Below, in pieces: positions 1 to 9,809 of a DNA stretch of 23,264 bases. The notes under the pieces were generated by a model. The model saw only the letters and a list, made by a program, of their open reading frames with translations. It searched no databases and was not told where the DNA came from. Within the stretch, counting starts at the first letter, position 1, and every line of letters begins with the position of its first letter. The stretch is from Prasinococcaceae sp. CCMP 1430 (taxonomy: Eukaryota > Plantae > Prasinodermophyta): the NCBI GenBank assembly GCA_013416795.1, contig RQSC01000053.1, positions 72,473-95,736 of the forward strand. The letters run 5' to 3'. Made by a program: the position numbers and the translations under genes.

Positions 1-671
1 CGCCGCGGCCGCGCGGTGTCAGCGCGCGCCCCCAGCGGCCGCAGCAACCGATCGCCCGAGCGATCGGCCCGCGCGATCGCCCCGCGATGCGCCCCTGGAG
101 GGGAGGAAGGGGGGCGGGGGGGGACGCACCTCTCGCGCCGCGCGCGCTGTGGCAGCGGCCGCGCGCGCGCGCGCCCGGCCGCAGATCACCCACGGGAGAG
201 TAATTGACACATCAGAATGCATTCAAAATTGAAAAGCGCTATCGATGGCGTGTTTTCCCGTTCTCCCGAACTTCTCCGTCGCTCCACGTGTCTGGCGGAA
301 GCGAGGTTCGCTCGGCGACGACGCCTTCCCAATTGCTTTCTGCATGTTTTGAATACATTCATTGTCATATAAAACTGCATAATTACGCATTTCGTCAGAT
401 CGTAAACGGGCAAATTTAATCGCTTCGCGCTGGTTGAGAGAGGGCATGCGAGTGGTGCCACTGCACGCGCGCGCGCGCGCCCTGGGCCCGCCGCCGCCCC
501 CGCCCTCGCGCGGAAGCAGACACCAGGCGGCAGCGACAGTTCCGCCTCGGCCGCGCCAAGGAGACCCGGGCGAGCCTTCGCGGGAGCGCGGCCCTGGCCT
601 CGGCAGTCGGCACCAAATACTGGGCCAACAGCAGCGATTTTTTGTGCGTCGCAGAGAAATACGACAGCGAC

Positions 672-1202
672 ATGGACGGCACTGGCGCGAACGGCGCGGC
701 GAGGGCGGAGAGCGCGCGGCAGGCGCTCCTTCTCGTTGCGCAGACGCTGGGCACCAATGCTGCGGATGTGCGCGCGGCGCGGGAGGAGCGCGACGCGGCG
801 CGGTCCGCCACGAATAGCGCCGTTGGTTGGCTGGTCGAGTGGTTGCTGTCAAAGGACACTCGTGATTTTTGGACGCTCGTCATATATGCAGCAGACCAGG
901 GGCAGACAGAGGTTCTCAAGTGCGCGATTCAGATCAGCTCTACTATCTATGATGACGGGCTAACGATGACTAACGTCGTCGGGTTTGATAAGGACGCGCT
1001 CGGGCGTGTCTCGGTGGTGGCTGCAATCTGTGGACGCGTCGACTGTCTCCAGCTCCTGCTGACGGCGGGCGCCAATGTCAAACCTTCTGATCACGTGGTG
1101 CAATCTCTACTTTCTGAGGCAACTTCGATGGGCAATACCGATTGCGTGCGACTTTTGCTCGATGCTGGCATAGATGTGAGGGATCCGCCCCACGCACCCT
1201 GA
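672..1202 (+). CDS. Ankyrin-repeat protein (about 3 repeats), intronless, 176 aa from ATG 672
   Basis: The ORF contains ankyrin-like helix-turn-helix units: LVIYAADQGQTEVLKCAI, VVAAICGRVDCLQLLLTAGANVK and LSEATSMGNTDCVRLLLDAGIDVR (G-x-x-D/E-x-V/L-x-x-L-L-x-x-G-A/I-N/D-V pattern). First ATG at 672, TGA at 1200-1202. Confidence 0.75.
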   Translation: MDGTGANGAARAESARQALLLVAQTLGTNAADVRAAREERDAARSATNSAVGWLVEWLLSKDTRDFWTLVIYAADQGQTEVLKCAIQISSTIYDDGLTMTNVVGFDKDALGRVSVVAAICGRVDCLQLLLTAGANVKPSDHVVQSLLSEATSMGNTDCVRLLLDAGIDVRDPPHAP

Positions 1203-1860
1203 CTTCATGCCTTCAAGTTGCGGTCGGCGTCCTTCTAGCGCGCGCGCCCGCGCGCGGCGCGCGCCGAGTGGCGCGCCCGCCCGCGCGCGCGTTCGCATTT
1301 ACGGTACGACATCGAAACCCTAACGTCCTCCCCCGTCGCCGCGCCGGCGCGATGCGCGAACGCGTTGCGACCCGCGTTCGCGCGGACCCTTTTCGGCCGA
1401 GGCGGATTCGGATTCGAAACCCGCGCGCGGGCGGGGGAAAGGGAAAGAGCCCGTGTCTCCCCCCCAAAAACGAAACCGCAGCTGAAATGATACATCATAT
1501 TGTACCATCACGGGATGGTACGTACATCAGGTTGAAGTTTTTTGTCTTTGATGCATTCATTGACTTTTCCCCCAAGTGTCGGAAGAACCCCTGACTCCCT
1601 CCAAAAATTTTGTTGCTGTAGTACTACCAATTGGTATGTGTTTTCACTCACTTACCCCCTAAGTGTTCCTTCAGTGTTTTGACACATCTATTCAAAGACA
1701 CCACTTTTCAAAACGCCATCAAATGCAAATGTTGACGTCGGTTTTAGGGAAAGGCCCCAGCAAAGTCGGACCTTTGGGAGACGGAAACGGCGCCGCGCGA
1801 TCGCGTCGCGATCGAGGCCGAGGCGTGCGGCACACGGGGCGCGCGGGGCGGGGCGGGCTC

Positions 1861-1885
1861 CCCCACCCCACCCCACCCCACCCCA
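1861..1885. repeat. (CCCCA)5 microsatellite; G-quadruplex-capable on the minus strand
   Basis: Five perfect CCCCA units read directly, about 170 nt upstream of the kinesin ATG. Confidence 0.9.
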
Positions 1886-2051
1886 ACGCACCCAAACCCG
1901 CCCCCCCCTCTCGCTGTGCTCCGTCCAGCCCTGTCGTCCCCCCTTGATCAGCCGCGCGCGCGCGCGCGGGGATCGCGGCGGCGGCCGCGGCGGCGCACTC
2001 GCGGGTGTGCGCGGGCGCGCGTGCAGGGGGGGTGGGGTGCGTGGAGACGGC

Positions 2052-4403
2052 ATGTTCCTCAGGGAACTCGCGCGCATCCGCGGCGAGGAGGTCAAGCGAG
2101 AGGCGCCGGAGGTGTATCGTGGTGGTGGCGGCGCCAACGGGGCTGCCGCCGCTCCGCCGTCACCTGGGGCGGACGCCGCGCCCGAGGCTGCTCGCACGCT
2201 GCCCGCGCAAACGACGCCAGCGAGCCCCAACGGCGCCGCGACGCCCACCAACGGCGCTCTTTCGCGCTTTAACGGCCTCGACACCCGCTCGCCGCCCGAG
2301 GAGCCGCTGGTGGTGAGCTCTCCCGATGCGACGCACGTCGCATCGATTGCGACCGCGGGCGCGAGCGCGAGCGCCACAGGAAAGAACGTGGTCGTCGCCG
2401 TGCGCGTGCGCCCGCTGAGCGCTACCGAGGCCAAAGCTGGAGCGCGCATCGCTGTTCGATGCGACGGCCGGCGCGTGAGCGTCGAAGGCGGCGTCGGCGG
2501 CGAGCACAGCGGTTCGCCAGGCGGTGGGCGCGCAACGCCGGGCGCCCCGCCTGTGAGCTTCGCATACGACGTCGTGCAGGATGACGAGGCCAACCTGTCT
2601 CGCGGTATGGGTGCAGGAGACATGCAACGGTCCATGTACGAGGCGGTGGCCGTGCCGGCCATCACCGAGCTCATGGAAGGGTACAACACCACCATTCTCG
2701 CCTACGGCCAGACTGGCTCAGGCAAGACGCATACCATGCTCTCTTCCGAAGATGAGGTCGGGGCTGAGGGCCAGGTGCGTCACGCGAGCGCGATTCAACT
2801 GCGGTGGCGCACGCGCGCGCTCAAGCGAAAGGGGCGCTCCCGGCGTTCTCGCGCGCCCGATAGGCGAATCCATGCGGGGTGCTGACTATAGCTCGCGGCA
2901 CTGGTCCGCTCGGCGCAAAATCATCGCTAGGGCTTGATCCCGCGCATGGCTGCGGGCCTCTTCGAGCGCATCGCCGCCAGCGGTGAGCTGCTGTCTGAGG
3001 ACCAGACGGTCGAGGTGTCCATGCTGGAAATTTACCAAGAGCGCGTGGCGGACTTGCTCGCGGGTGCTGTGAGGCGTGGCGCGCCACCCGCGGGTGTGTC
3101 GCTCGCGGCTGGGAGTCCGCACTCAACCGTATGGGCGCAGATTGATACCGCTGGCCGCAGGTCGAACCTCGCGCGCGCGCGCGCGCGGAGCGCCTCTTCG
3201 AAGCTCGCCTTCAGTCAGGCGAGCGATGGCGCTCGCGCGCGCGCGCAGCCGGCGCTCGCCGTACGCGAGCACCCGCGGCACGGCCCGTCCGTCGAAGGTC
3301 TTGTGCACGTGCGTGTGCGCAGCGCGAGAGAGCTGCTGGCAGCGCTGGAGCTGGGCACCGCCGAGCGCACGACCTCGTACACTGCCATGAATGACCGCTC
3401 GTCGCGGTCGCACGCGGTGTTCACCATCACGCTGCGAAGGTCCGTGCTCGAGACTGGAGCAGGCTCCGTTCTGGGCCCCAACGGCCGTCCCTTCGAGGCG
3501 GAGCGCGTCGCCCGCTGCTCACTGGTCGACCTGGCCGGCAGCGAGCGCCAAGATCGGTCGGGAGCGACGGGTGCGAAGCTACGCGAGAGCTCCATGATCA
3601 ACCGCTCACTCACGCTGCTCAACGACGTGATCGTGCACCTGAGCAGGGACCCGAACAAGGACTCGAGATTCGTGCCTTACCGCAACTCGGTCCTCACATG
3701 GCTGCTCAAGGAGTCGCTCGGTGGAAACGCCAAGACGGTCATGGTCGCGACGGTGTCGCCCTGCGCGGCTCACGTGCGCGAGACGGTCTCGACCCTGCGC
3801 TACGCCGCCCGCGCCAAAGGCATTCGCAACTCCCCAGAGGTCAACGAGGACCCGCGCCAAGCACGCATACGCCAGCTCGAGGATGAGGTGCGCGGTTTGC
3901 GCAAGGAGGTGCGCCGACTCAAGACAGCGCACGGGGAGGGGCACGAGAAACACCCTCATCAGAATGGCGGCAGTAGCCCTGCGAGCGATGGGCCGCTGCT
4001 CGTTGGCCGCATGGCGGCACTCGAGGAGCGCATGAAGCGGCTTGCGGTCATGGAAGCGAACGTGCGCAAGGCGCGCACGTGGGCGTTCCTCCTTTGGCAG
4101 GAGGTGAGCTCGAAGGGCTTCGTCGACTCGGAGAGCGTTCTGGCCTTCATTGACGACGTCGAGGAGGACGACGCTGCCATGCCCACGTCCGGCAGCGGTA
4201 GCGGTAGTCCCGGGGAGGGCGAGAACGGGGAGGTCAGCGCCGATGAGTTCGCCGCCAAGCGCGCAGAGGAACGCCGAGCGCGGCGTCGCGCGCGCCGCCG
4301 ACAGCGCTTCCGAAACGTGGTGAATGGCGGGCTGCGCTATGGCAACCAGCAGGCAATCGCTGCGCTCCTGGACGAAGGCGGCAAGGGGCATCACTCGTCG
4401 TGA
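2052..4403 (+). CDS. Kinesin motor protein, kinesin-3 (KIF1/KIF13/Unc-104)-like; join(2052..2774,2931..4403), possible extra in-frame intron 3129..3248
   Basis: Motor motifs: VAVRVRP, P-loop GQTGSGKT, switch I NDRSSRSH, switch II DLAGSE, VPYRNSVLTWLLKESLGGNAKT, and neck VNEDP..IRQLEDEV. LAVREHP..GPSVEGL and VNEDP are typical of kinesin-3. Splicing CAG|GTGCGT...CTAG|GGC joins the two ORFs in phase (GAEGQ-GLIPRM). Confidence 0.92.
2775..2930 (+). other. Spliceosomal intron (156 nt, phase 0) in the kinesin gene
   Basis: GTGCGT donor, CTGAC at about 2882, TAG acceptor. Removal restores the conserved GLIPR motif after the P-loop. Confidence 0.88.
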
Positions 4404-4640
4404 GTATATAAAAAATGGCATTCTTTCCAAAGCACGTGCACGCCCTCTCACGCAAGCAGCCAAGGACGCTCTCGGCAAGAGCACGCGCGCGCGTCGCGAC
4501 AGGTGCGTCGACGACCGTGGCACGCAGCGTGCCTCCCCGCCCCGCCCATATTCCTCAGGCCCCTAGGATTCCGTCCAGAGATTTCCTCGCAGCCACGCAG
4601 TACAGCGACACGTCTGCGCTCACCGCCAACTGCGCGACTG

Positions 4641-5150
4641 TCATTGCGTTTTGCGGCTCTCGACCGGAGTTTCCGACGTGCTCGTCGTGGGCAGCTCGCG
4701 AGGCGCAGCGACGACGCCAGCGATGGCGACGACGAATCGCAGCGTGTGCAGGCACAGCGCGGTCGTCTCAGTCGCGCGTATGGGCTCGTCGACGTCGTCC
4801 AGCAGACGCGAGAGCGCCGCGAGCATCAGCGCCGCAGCTGCGAACGACCCCAGCTTCAGCGCAGAGAGATGTTTCTTCGGCTTTCCGATGCGCAGCGCGA
4901 ACAGGGCAGCGAGCGTGAGCTCCACGAGCCCGAGCGAGCGGCACACGTGCAGCAGCAGCTCCTCAGCGCGCGTTCCCCCGTCGAATTTCAGGCCCGCGCC
5001 CGTGCCGCCGCCCCCGCCCTGCTCCTCCAGCCACGCAAACATGAAGGCGGGGCACAGCACGAGCAAGCAGCCGTGCGCGGAAGCGAGCAGAGCCTGCAGC
5101 ATGAGCGAAAGCAGCGCGACCGGATGGTGCACGCGCTTCGCCTTTGCCAT
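4641..5150 (-). CDS. Hypothetical small membrane protein (169 aa, about 4 hydrophobic segments)
   Basis: ATG at 5150 (MAKAKRVHHPVALLSLMLQALLA...), four hydrophobic stretches, GC-rich third positions, TGA at 4643-4641. No family recognised. Confidence 0.6.
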   Translation of the reverse strand: MAKAKRVHHPVALLSLMLQALLASAHGCLLVLCPAFMFAWLEEQGGGGGTGAGLKFDGGTRAEELLLHVCRSLGLVELTLAALFALRIGKPKKHLSALKLGSFAAAALMLAALSRLLDDVDEPIRATETTALCLHTLRFVVAIAGVVAAPRELPTTSTSETPVESRKTQ

Positions 5151-5880
5151 CGCTGGCGGCCGGCGGTCGGTGGTCGGCGCCGCTCGGCGCCGCTCGGCGC
5201 TGCCGCCGCAGCGGCCCCTGCCCCCACAGGGGGGGGCGTCCCTCTGCCGTGCCGGCGGCCGCCGCCGTCCCTTTCGCGCCCACGAACGCGCGCGCGCTTT
5301 CGGGCGCTCTGTGCCGCCTCCGCTGCTCCGCAGGCGCCCCTGCCGCCGGTCCTCGGGGCGGCAGAGGTCGCGGTCGGCGGCCGAGGGGGGCTGGCCGCTG
5401 GCGGTGCGCGCGCGACCCCGCCCCTCCTCGCCGCGCGCGCGCTGTGGCTGTGGCAGCACGCCCGCCCCCAGCGCGCACGCGCCCGCCCGCGCGCGCAGCT
5501 TTTTTTCAAATTGCGTCAAATGTACGATGTGGAATACCATCCGCGCTTCGCGGAAGACGTCCGCGAAAGCGGCGCTTCCCGTTTCCGCGTTCGCGCGTTC
5601 GCTCAGACCTCCTTCCAAGAGTCAGAGAGAATCTTGTTCGCTTGCGACGGTTCGGATATCATGACAAAAATGTGAGATAATGTACTCACGGGCGATCTTC
5701 CAAATGTGGTTGTGATGGCGCCGCGCGAGCCTCGCGCGTTTAGATTCTTTGAGCTGTTTTCTTTGCGGATATCAAAACGCAGGCGATTCGGTTGAAACCC
5801 GCAACCGTCGGGGGAACGGGGCGCGAGCGCGCGCGCGGGTGCTGTACCAACGAAGCGCGCAGGGGGAGCCCTGCATTGGC

Positions 5881-5957
5881 GGGGGTGGGCGGCCCGGGGG
5901 GCGGCAGCGGCAGCAGGGGCAGCGGCCGGGGGGGCGGGGGCGGGGGCGGGGACAGGG
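5881..5957 (+). repeat. G-run-rich tract (multiple G3-G6 runs), G-quadruplex-capable, just upstream of ATG 6002
   Basis: Many runs of 3 or more G separated by short loops, read directly (e.g. ggggggcggggg cgggggcgggg acaggg). Confidence 0.7.
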
Positions 5958-6001
5958 ACGGTAGCGGCGGCGCATGGGATGGGGGGGGGCACCCGGCCCC
6001 G

Positions 6002-6493
6002 ATGGAGCGTGCAAATGCGGTGGGCTTGCTATTGGGAGCGGCGTTGGCTCTCGTCGACCTCGTGGGTGCAACCATCTTGCTCGACAAGATGCCATTCGCC
6101 CCGAAGCGCGTGTCTGCGCGGGTGACCTCGAGGACAAACGCCATGCTCGATCCGGTGCTCAAAGGGTCGAGAAACAACTTGGTGGCCAGCCTCGTCGTGG
6201 CGTTCTTCGTCGTGCCCTTTTTGGCAGTCTTGTTTGTGCCCGTTGCGATCACTGTGGAGCTCGGCGCGATCCTCCTCGAGGCTGCTGCCGCCCTCGCCGC
6301 CGTCCTCGCAGGCGGCACACTGCTCACGCTGCTCTTCGGAGGCGGGCTGCCCACCCTCGGGGGTGCGCTCGCAGAAGCGGCACGGCTGCTGCGCCGCGCA
6401 TCGCGCGCGACGCTGTGCGGCACCCTCCTCAGGCGCCTGTTCAGGGGCGGCAGCCGCGGCCGCGGCGCGCCCCCCGGGGCGCCGGCCGACTGA
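6002..6493 (+). CDS. Small hydrophobic protein (163 aa) with a 64-aa near-uncharged hairpin; candidate promethin/LDAF1- or oleosin-like lipid-droplet protein
   Basis: ATG 6002 to TGA 6493. The segment 6179-6370 (LVASLVVAFFVVPFLAVLFVPVAITVELGAILLE...GGTLLTLLFGGGLPTLGGAL) has only two charged residues and is followed by a basic amphipathic tail. The family assignment is inference. Confidence 0.6.
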   Translation: MERANAVGLLLGAALALVDLVGATILLDKMPFAPKRVSARVTSRTNAMLDPVLKGSRNNLVASLVVAFFVVPFLAVLFVPVAITVELGAILLEAAAALAAVLAGGTLLTLLFGGGLPTLGGALAEAARLLRRASRATLCGTLLRRLFRGGSRGRGAPPGAPAD

Positions 6494-6675
6494 GGGGCGG
6501 GCGCACGCCTCAGCCGCTGGCCTCAGCTTCCCATTGTGGAGGGTTAAGGGTTTAGAAAATAAGTCAAACCTACGTTGTATATTGAACCCAAACTCATAAG
6601 TCACAGGAATTTGTCGCTGGTAGCGTGCACCGAAGTCGTGCACTCCTCCTTGCCGTCGCTCGCGGGTGCGCCCAC

Positions 6676-9600
6676 TCACGCCACCGCCGCGGCCACCGCG
6701 CCCATGTGCTGCGCGGCCGCGTAGGGGACTTGCCCGACAGGCACGAGGCGCGAGCGATCGCCTCGCGCGCCCTCGGTGCCGGCGGCCACCGCGCGCATCT
6801 GCAAGTCGCCTTCGGTGAACTCCACGCCCAGGTCGGTGAGCACCGTCCCGACCGCGGCGCACATGCGCGAGTGCGCGCGATTCTTGGGGCCGAGGAATTG
6901 CTCGCTGAACGCCAGCGTGTAGCCAATCGTCACGCGGTCCTTCAGCCCTGGTTCGATGGCCGAGACGAGCACGGTTGGTGGCTTCTCGCTCGGGTTGGCG
7001 TAGTTCGCAGGATCGGAGGCCATCAGGCCTTCCACGGCATTCTGAATTTCCTGCCTGTCGCTCGCCGTGAGGCCCATGTCTGGACGTCGATGCGGGTCAG
7101 CACGTGCGCTGGCTACTACGCAGTCTAGCAGATGGCAACGGACGCGCCTGCGAAAGTGTTGCGCGCTCACTCTGCGCGTACGCGCGCGCCCAAACTTGCA
7201 CACAGGCATAGAGAAAGCCTTGGGACCGCGTTCGTGGCGCGCATACGTACCTACGACGAAGACGCAGCCAAGCCACACGCCAGCCGAGCGCGAAAGGTTG
7301 ACGAGCTTCGTGTCGTACAGCTTCGCCGTCGGCACGTACACACGCCGGTTGCAAGAGTCGTCGAAGCCGCAGTAATTGAGCCCTATTTTCCGCACCTTGA
7401 GCCACGTACCGTCCACCGTCAGACAATCGCCCACGTCGAAGGGATGCACTGAGAAAATCAGGATGCACGACTCGAAGAGGGCTTGCAGCCAGCTATAGAA
7501 CACACGTGACGCACACCCCGTCGGCGCGCAGCACGACACAAACGAGCCACGCGGCAAAGGTCAGCAGCGATTCTCCCGCGGAGCTCGAGGCACTGGCGGC
7601 TGACCACCGAGCAACACGGCGAGCATGTCGCACCTGCCGAAGACGAATGTGAACGCCAGCAAACCGCCTGAGATCGCGAGCCAGGCCCCAGTTACGTCCA
7701 CGCCGAGGATGAAGAGGCAGATGAAAAATGCGATGGCGTACGCGATCACGACCAAGATCGTCACCAGCTTCGCAATGGTATGATCGATGTCTTTGAGCGA
7801 CCGGGAGAGGTTTCGCCTCTCCGTGAAGGCCTTCTCCGCGGCCGCGGCGAACTCGTCTGCTCCAGCTAGGCCTGTCTCGTGCGGATCGAAGATACGCCAC
7901 GCACGCGCGCGCATCGAAGGGCTGGGGATAAAATCTTCGAGATCCGCCTCGGTGCACGCGGACCAAGGGCGCCGCGGCGGCATCACCACGTTTGCAAAAA
8001 TGGCGCGCCCGTACGCGCACGCGCCCTCCTTGGTGACGACTTCCAGCCTGACAAGCCCATCCTTGGCCCTAGGCCGTCCAGCGCCCGGGGCACCTGCGCC
8101 ACCGTTCGGGCGACTGTGGACATTCGCATAATACTCGCTCTCTTCCAACTCAGCGTTGTCAACAGAGGGGGCGACGTATGCCACCAGGTTCGTCTTTTTG
8201 ACGAAGGATGTCATGTGCTGGACGTCTTTGTGACTGAAACCTGCCACGGATGCAAAGTCGTTGAGGCTGCCCTTGCTTGTCAGCATGTTGCTAAAGCCAA
8301 ACGTGCTCTTTTTCGTTTTCGAGCCTGCCTCGCCGGCTTCGATGGCACTAGCGGAGCCCGCTGCCAACCCTGCGATGTCAATGGCCGACGAGTCCCCTCC
8401 CATTTCACTCCTGGTGGGCGAGTCTCCTGTCGCAGCAGCCGACCCTCCGCTGGTTCCGCTTGTGCTCGCCTCAGGTGATTCTGCCATCGAAGAGGTGGGC
8501 ACCATTTTGCTGATGTCGGCGAAGGCCTGCCTCCTCTTGGAGGGAGGGCCGTCGCCGCCGCCGGCCATCTTGCGCAGCCGCTTCTTGCGCGCCTTGCATG
8601 GCGCCGCCAGCTTGGCGAGCACCAGCTGCGTTTGCACAGCGTCGTGCAGGCGCACAAAGTTCTGCGAGCGATTGAAGGTCGTGCCGATGTTCTGCGCGAT
8701 GGCGATCGCGACGAGGCGACAGGCGAGGATGGCGACCACGCAGCCCCAGATTTGGTTGAGGGTGCTGTAGGTCCCACTCGCCATGTGGCCTCCAGACCAC
8801 ACAATTAGCCAGATCACGTACCAAACCAAAAATGCCAGGAAGATGGCCGTCGAAGAGCGCAGTTTCATCAGCAGATATAGCAGGCGAGTGTCCTTGGACT
8901 TTGCCACCTCCACTTCGAAGCGCTTGTCTTGATTGTCATCCTCAGCCTTGGACGCCTGAAGTTTTTGGTCTAGGTCGCCCTCCGTCAGCAGCCACCACAG
9001 CCTGGCCAACGCTACGACCCTCGGCAAGAGGACCTTCAGGAAAATGAGCATGATTGGGTAGCCTTGATTCGCGTCGAGTTGAAGCGCGCAGTTGGCGCGG
9101 GCGCGTGTTTTAAGTTGGTCAGCGCGACGCTCGGTGTATCTTTGCGATCGCGCGCGCACTGGCAGGGCGCTGCGCGCACAACGCGTGTTCGACGCACGCG
9201 CGGGCACTCACCGGTTAGCCCCCACCCCGCGAGCAGCAGGCCGCGCCATGCAGCGTCGCGCGTGCCACCCGAGCCAGAGACACCGACGCCGATGGCTGCG
9301 ATGTAGCACACGATGCCGGCAAATACGACCGCGGCGCGCGCGAGCACGTGTGGCGGGAAGCGCGTGGCCGTCGCGGCCCTGCTCGCCAAGTCACGCCCCC
9401 CTGCCTCCATGCCTCGGCGCACCTCCGACAGCACGTGCGCTCCGCTGGTCCGCGTCGGCGGCGGGGCGGTGCCACCGCCCCCCTCCTCCACTGCCTGCTC
9501 ATCGGCCTCTTTGGCCTCGAGCTCTTCCTGGACAGGTTCATCTGCTCGGGGTGTGGGATCATGGCTTGGCCTGCGCGGTATCGCGTCCGCGCCAACACCC

Positions 9601-9809
9601 GCGCCCGCCTCGCCCTCGGCCCCCAACGGAATCGCCGCCCCCCCACCGACCAACGCATTCGTCACGCGCTGGCGCAGCTTGCTCGCGCCGGCATTCACCA
9701 ACAGCCTCCTTCTCGCCCGCGCGGTGTGGCTTTCCACGGGCGCGGTGTGCCGCCGGCCCACCTCGCCGGCGGCGCTGAGCCGCGCCGCGGCGGCTGCGCT
9801 CGCGGACAT
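6676..9809 (-). CDS. Eukaryotic MscS-like mechanosensitive ion channel (plant MSL4-10 / fungal Msy-type), about 890 aa; complement(join(6676..7079,7251..7492,7634..9062,9212..9809))
   Basis: The spliced product gives AFTFVFGSWLQALFESCILIFSVHPFDVGDCLTVDG...RVYVPTAKL..TKLVNLSRS (the MscS TM3/beta-domain signature HPFDVGD), preceded by AFTERRNLSRSLKD and several TM helices. Three GT-AG introns have matching phases; total CDS is 2673 nt = 891 codons. The start at ATG 9809 is less certain. Confidence 0.9.
7080..7250 (-). other. Intron 3 of the MscS-like gene (171 nt, phase 1)
   Basis: GTACGT donor, CTGAC branch site shortly before the CAG acceptor; gives FVV-D-MGLTASD. Confidence 0.75.
7493..7633 (-). 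other. Intron 2 of the MscS-like gene (141 nt, phase 2)
   Basis: GTGCGA donor, TAG acceptor; joins two ORFs to give FVFG-S-WLQALFES. Confidence 0.88.
9063..9211 (-). other. Intron 1 of the MscS-like gene (149 nt, phase 1)
   Basis: GTGAGT donor, AAG acceptor; joins GWGLT-G-YPIMLIFLK, continuing a TM segment. Confidence 0.75.

Noticed and set aside
298-315. GAGGTTCGCTC resembling a tRNA T-loop
   Set aside because: The loop is 5 nt rather than 7, and no acceptor stem, D arm or anticodon arm could be built.
1410-1422. GGATTCGAAACCC, the reverse complement of a B-box-like GGGTTTCGAATCC
   Set aside because: Imperfect box, no 5-bp T stem, no upstream A box or cloverleaf; not supportable as a tRNA or SINE.
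1502-1530. Hairpin as a Helitron 3' end
   Set aside because: No CTRR terminus follows and there is no Rep/helicase coding sequence nearby.
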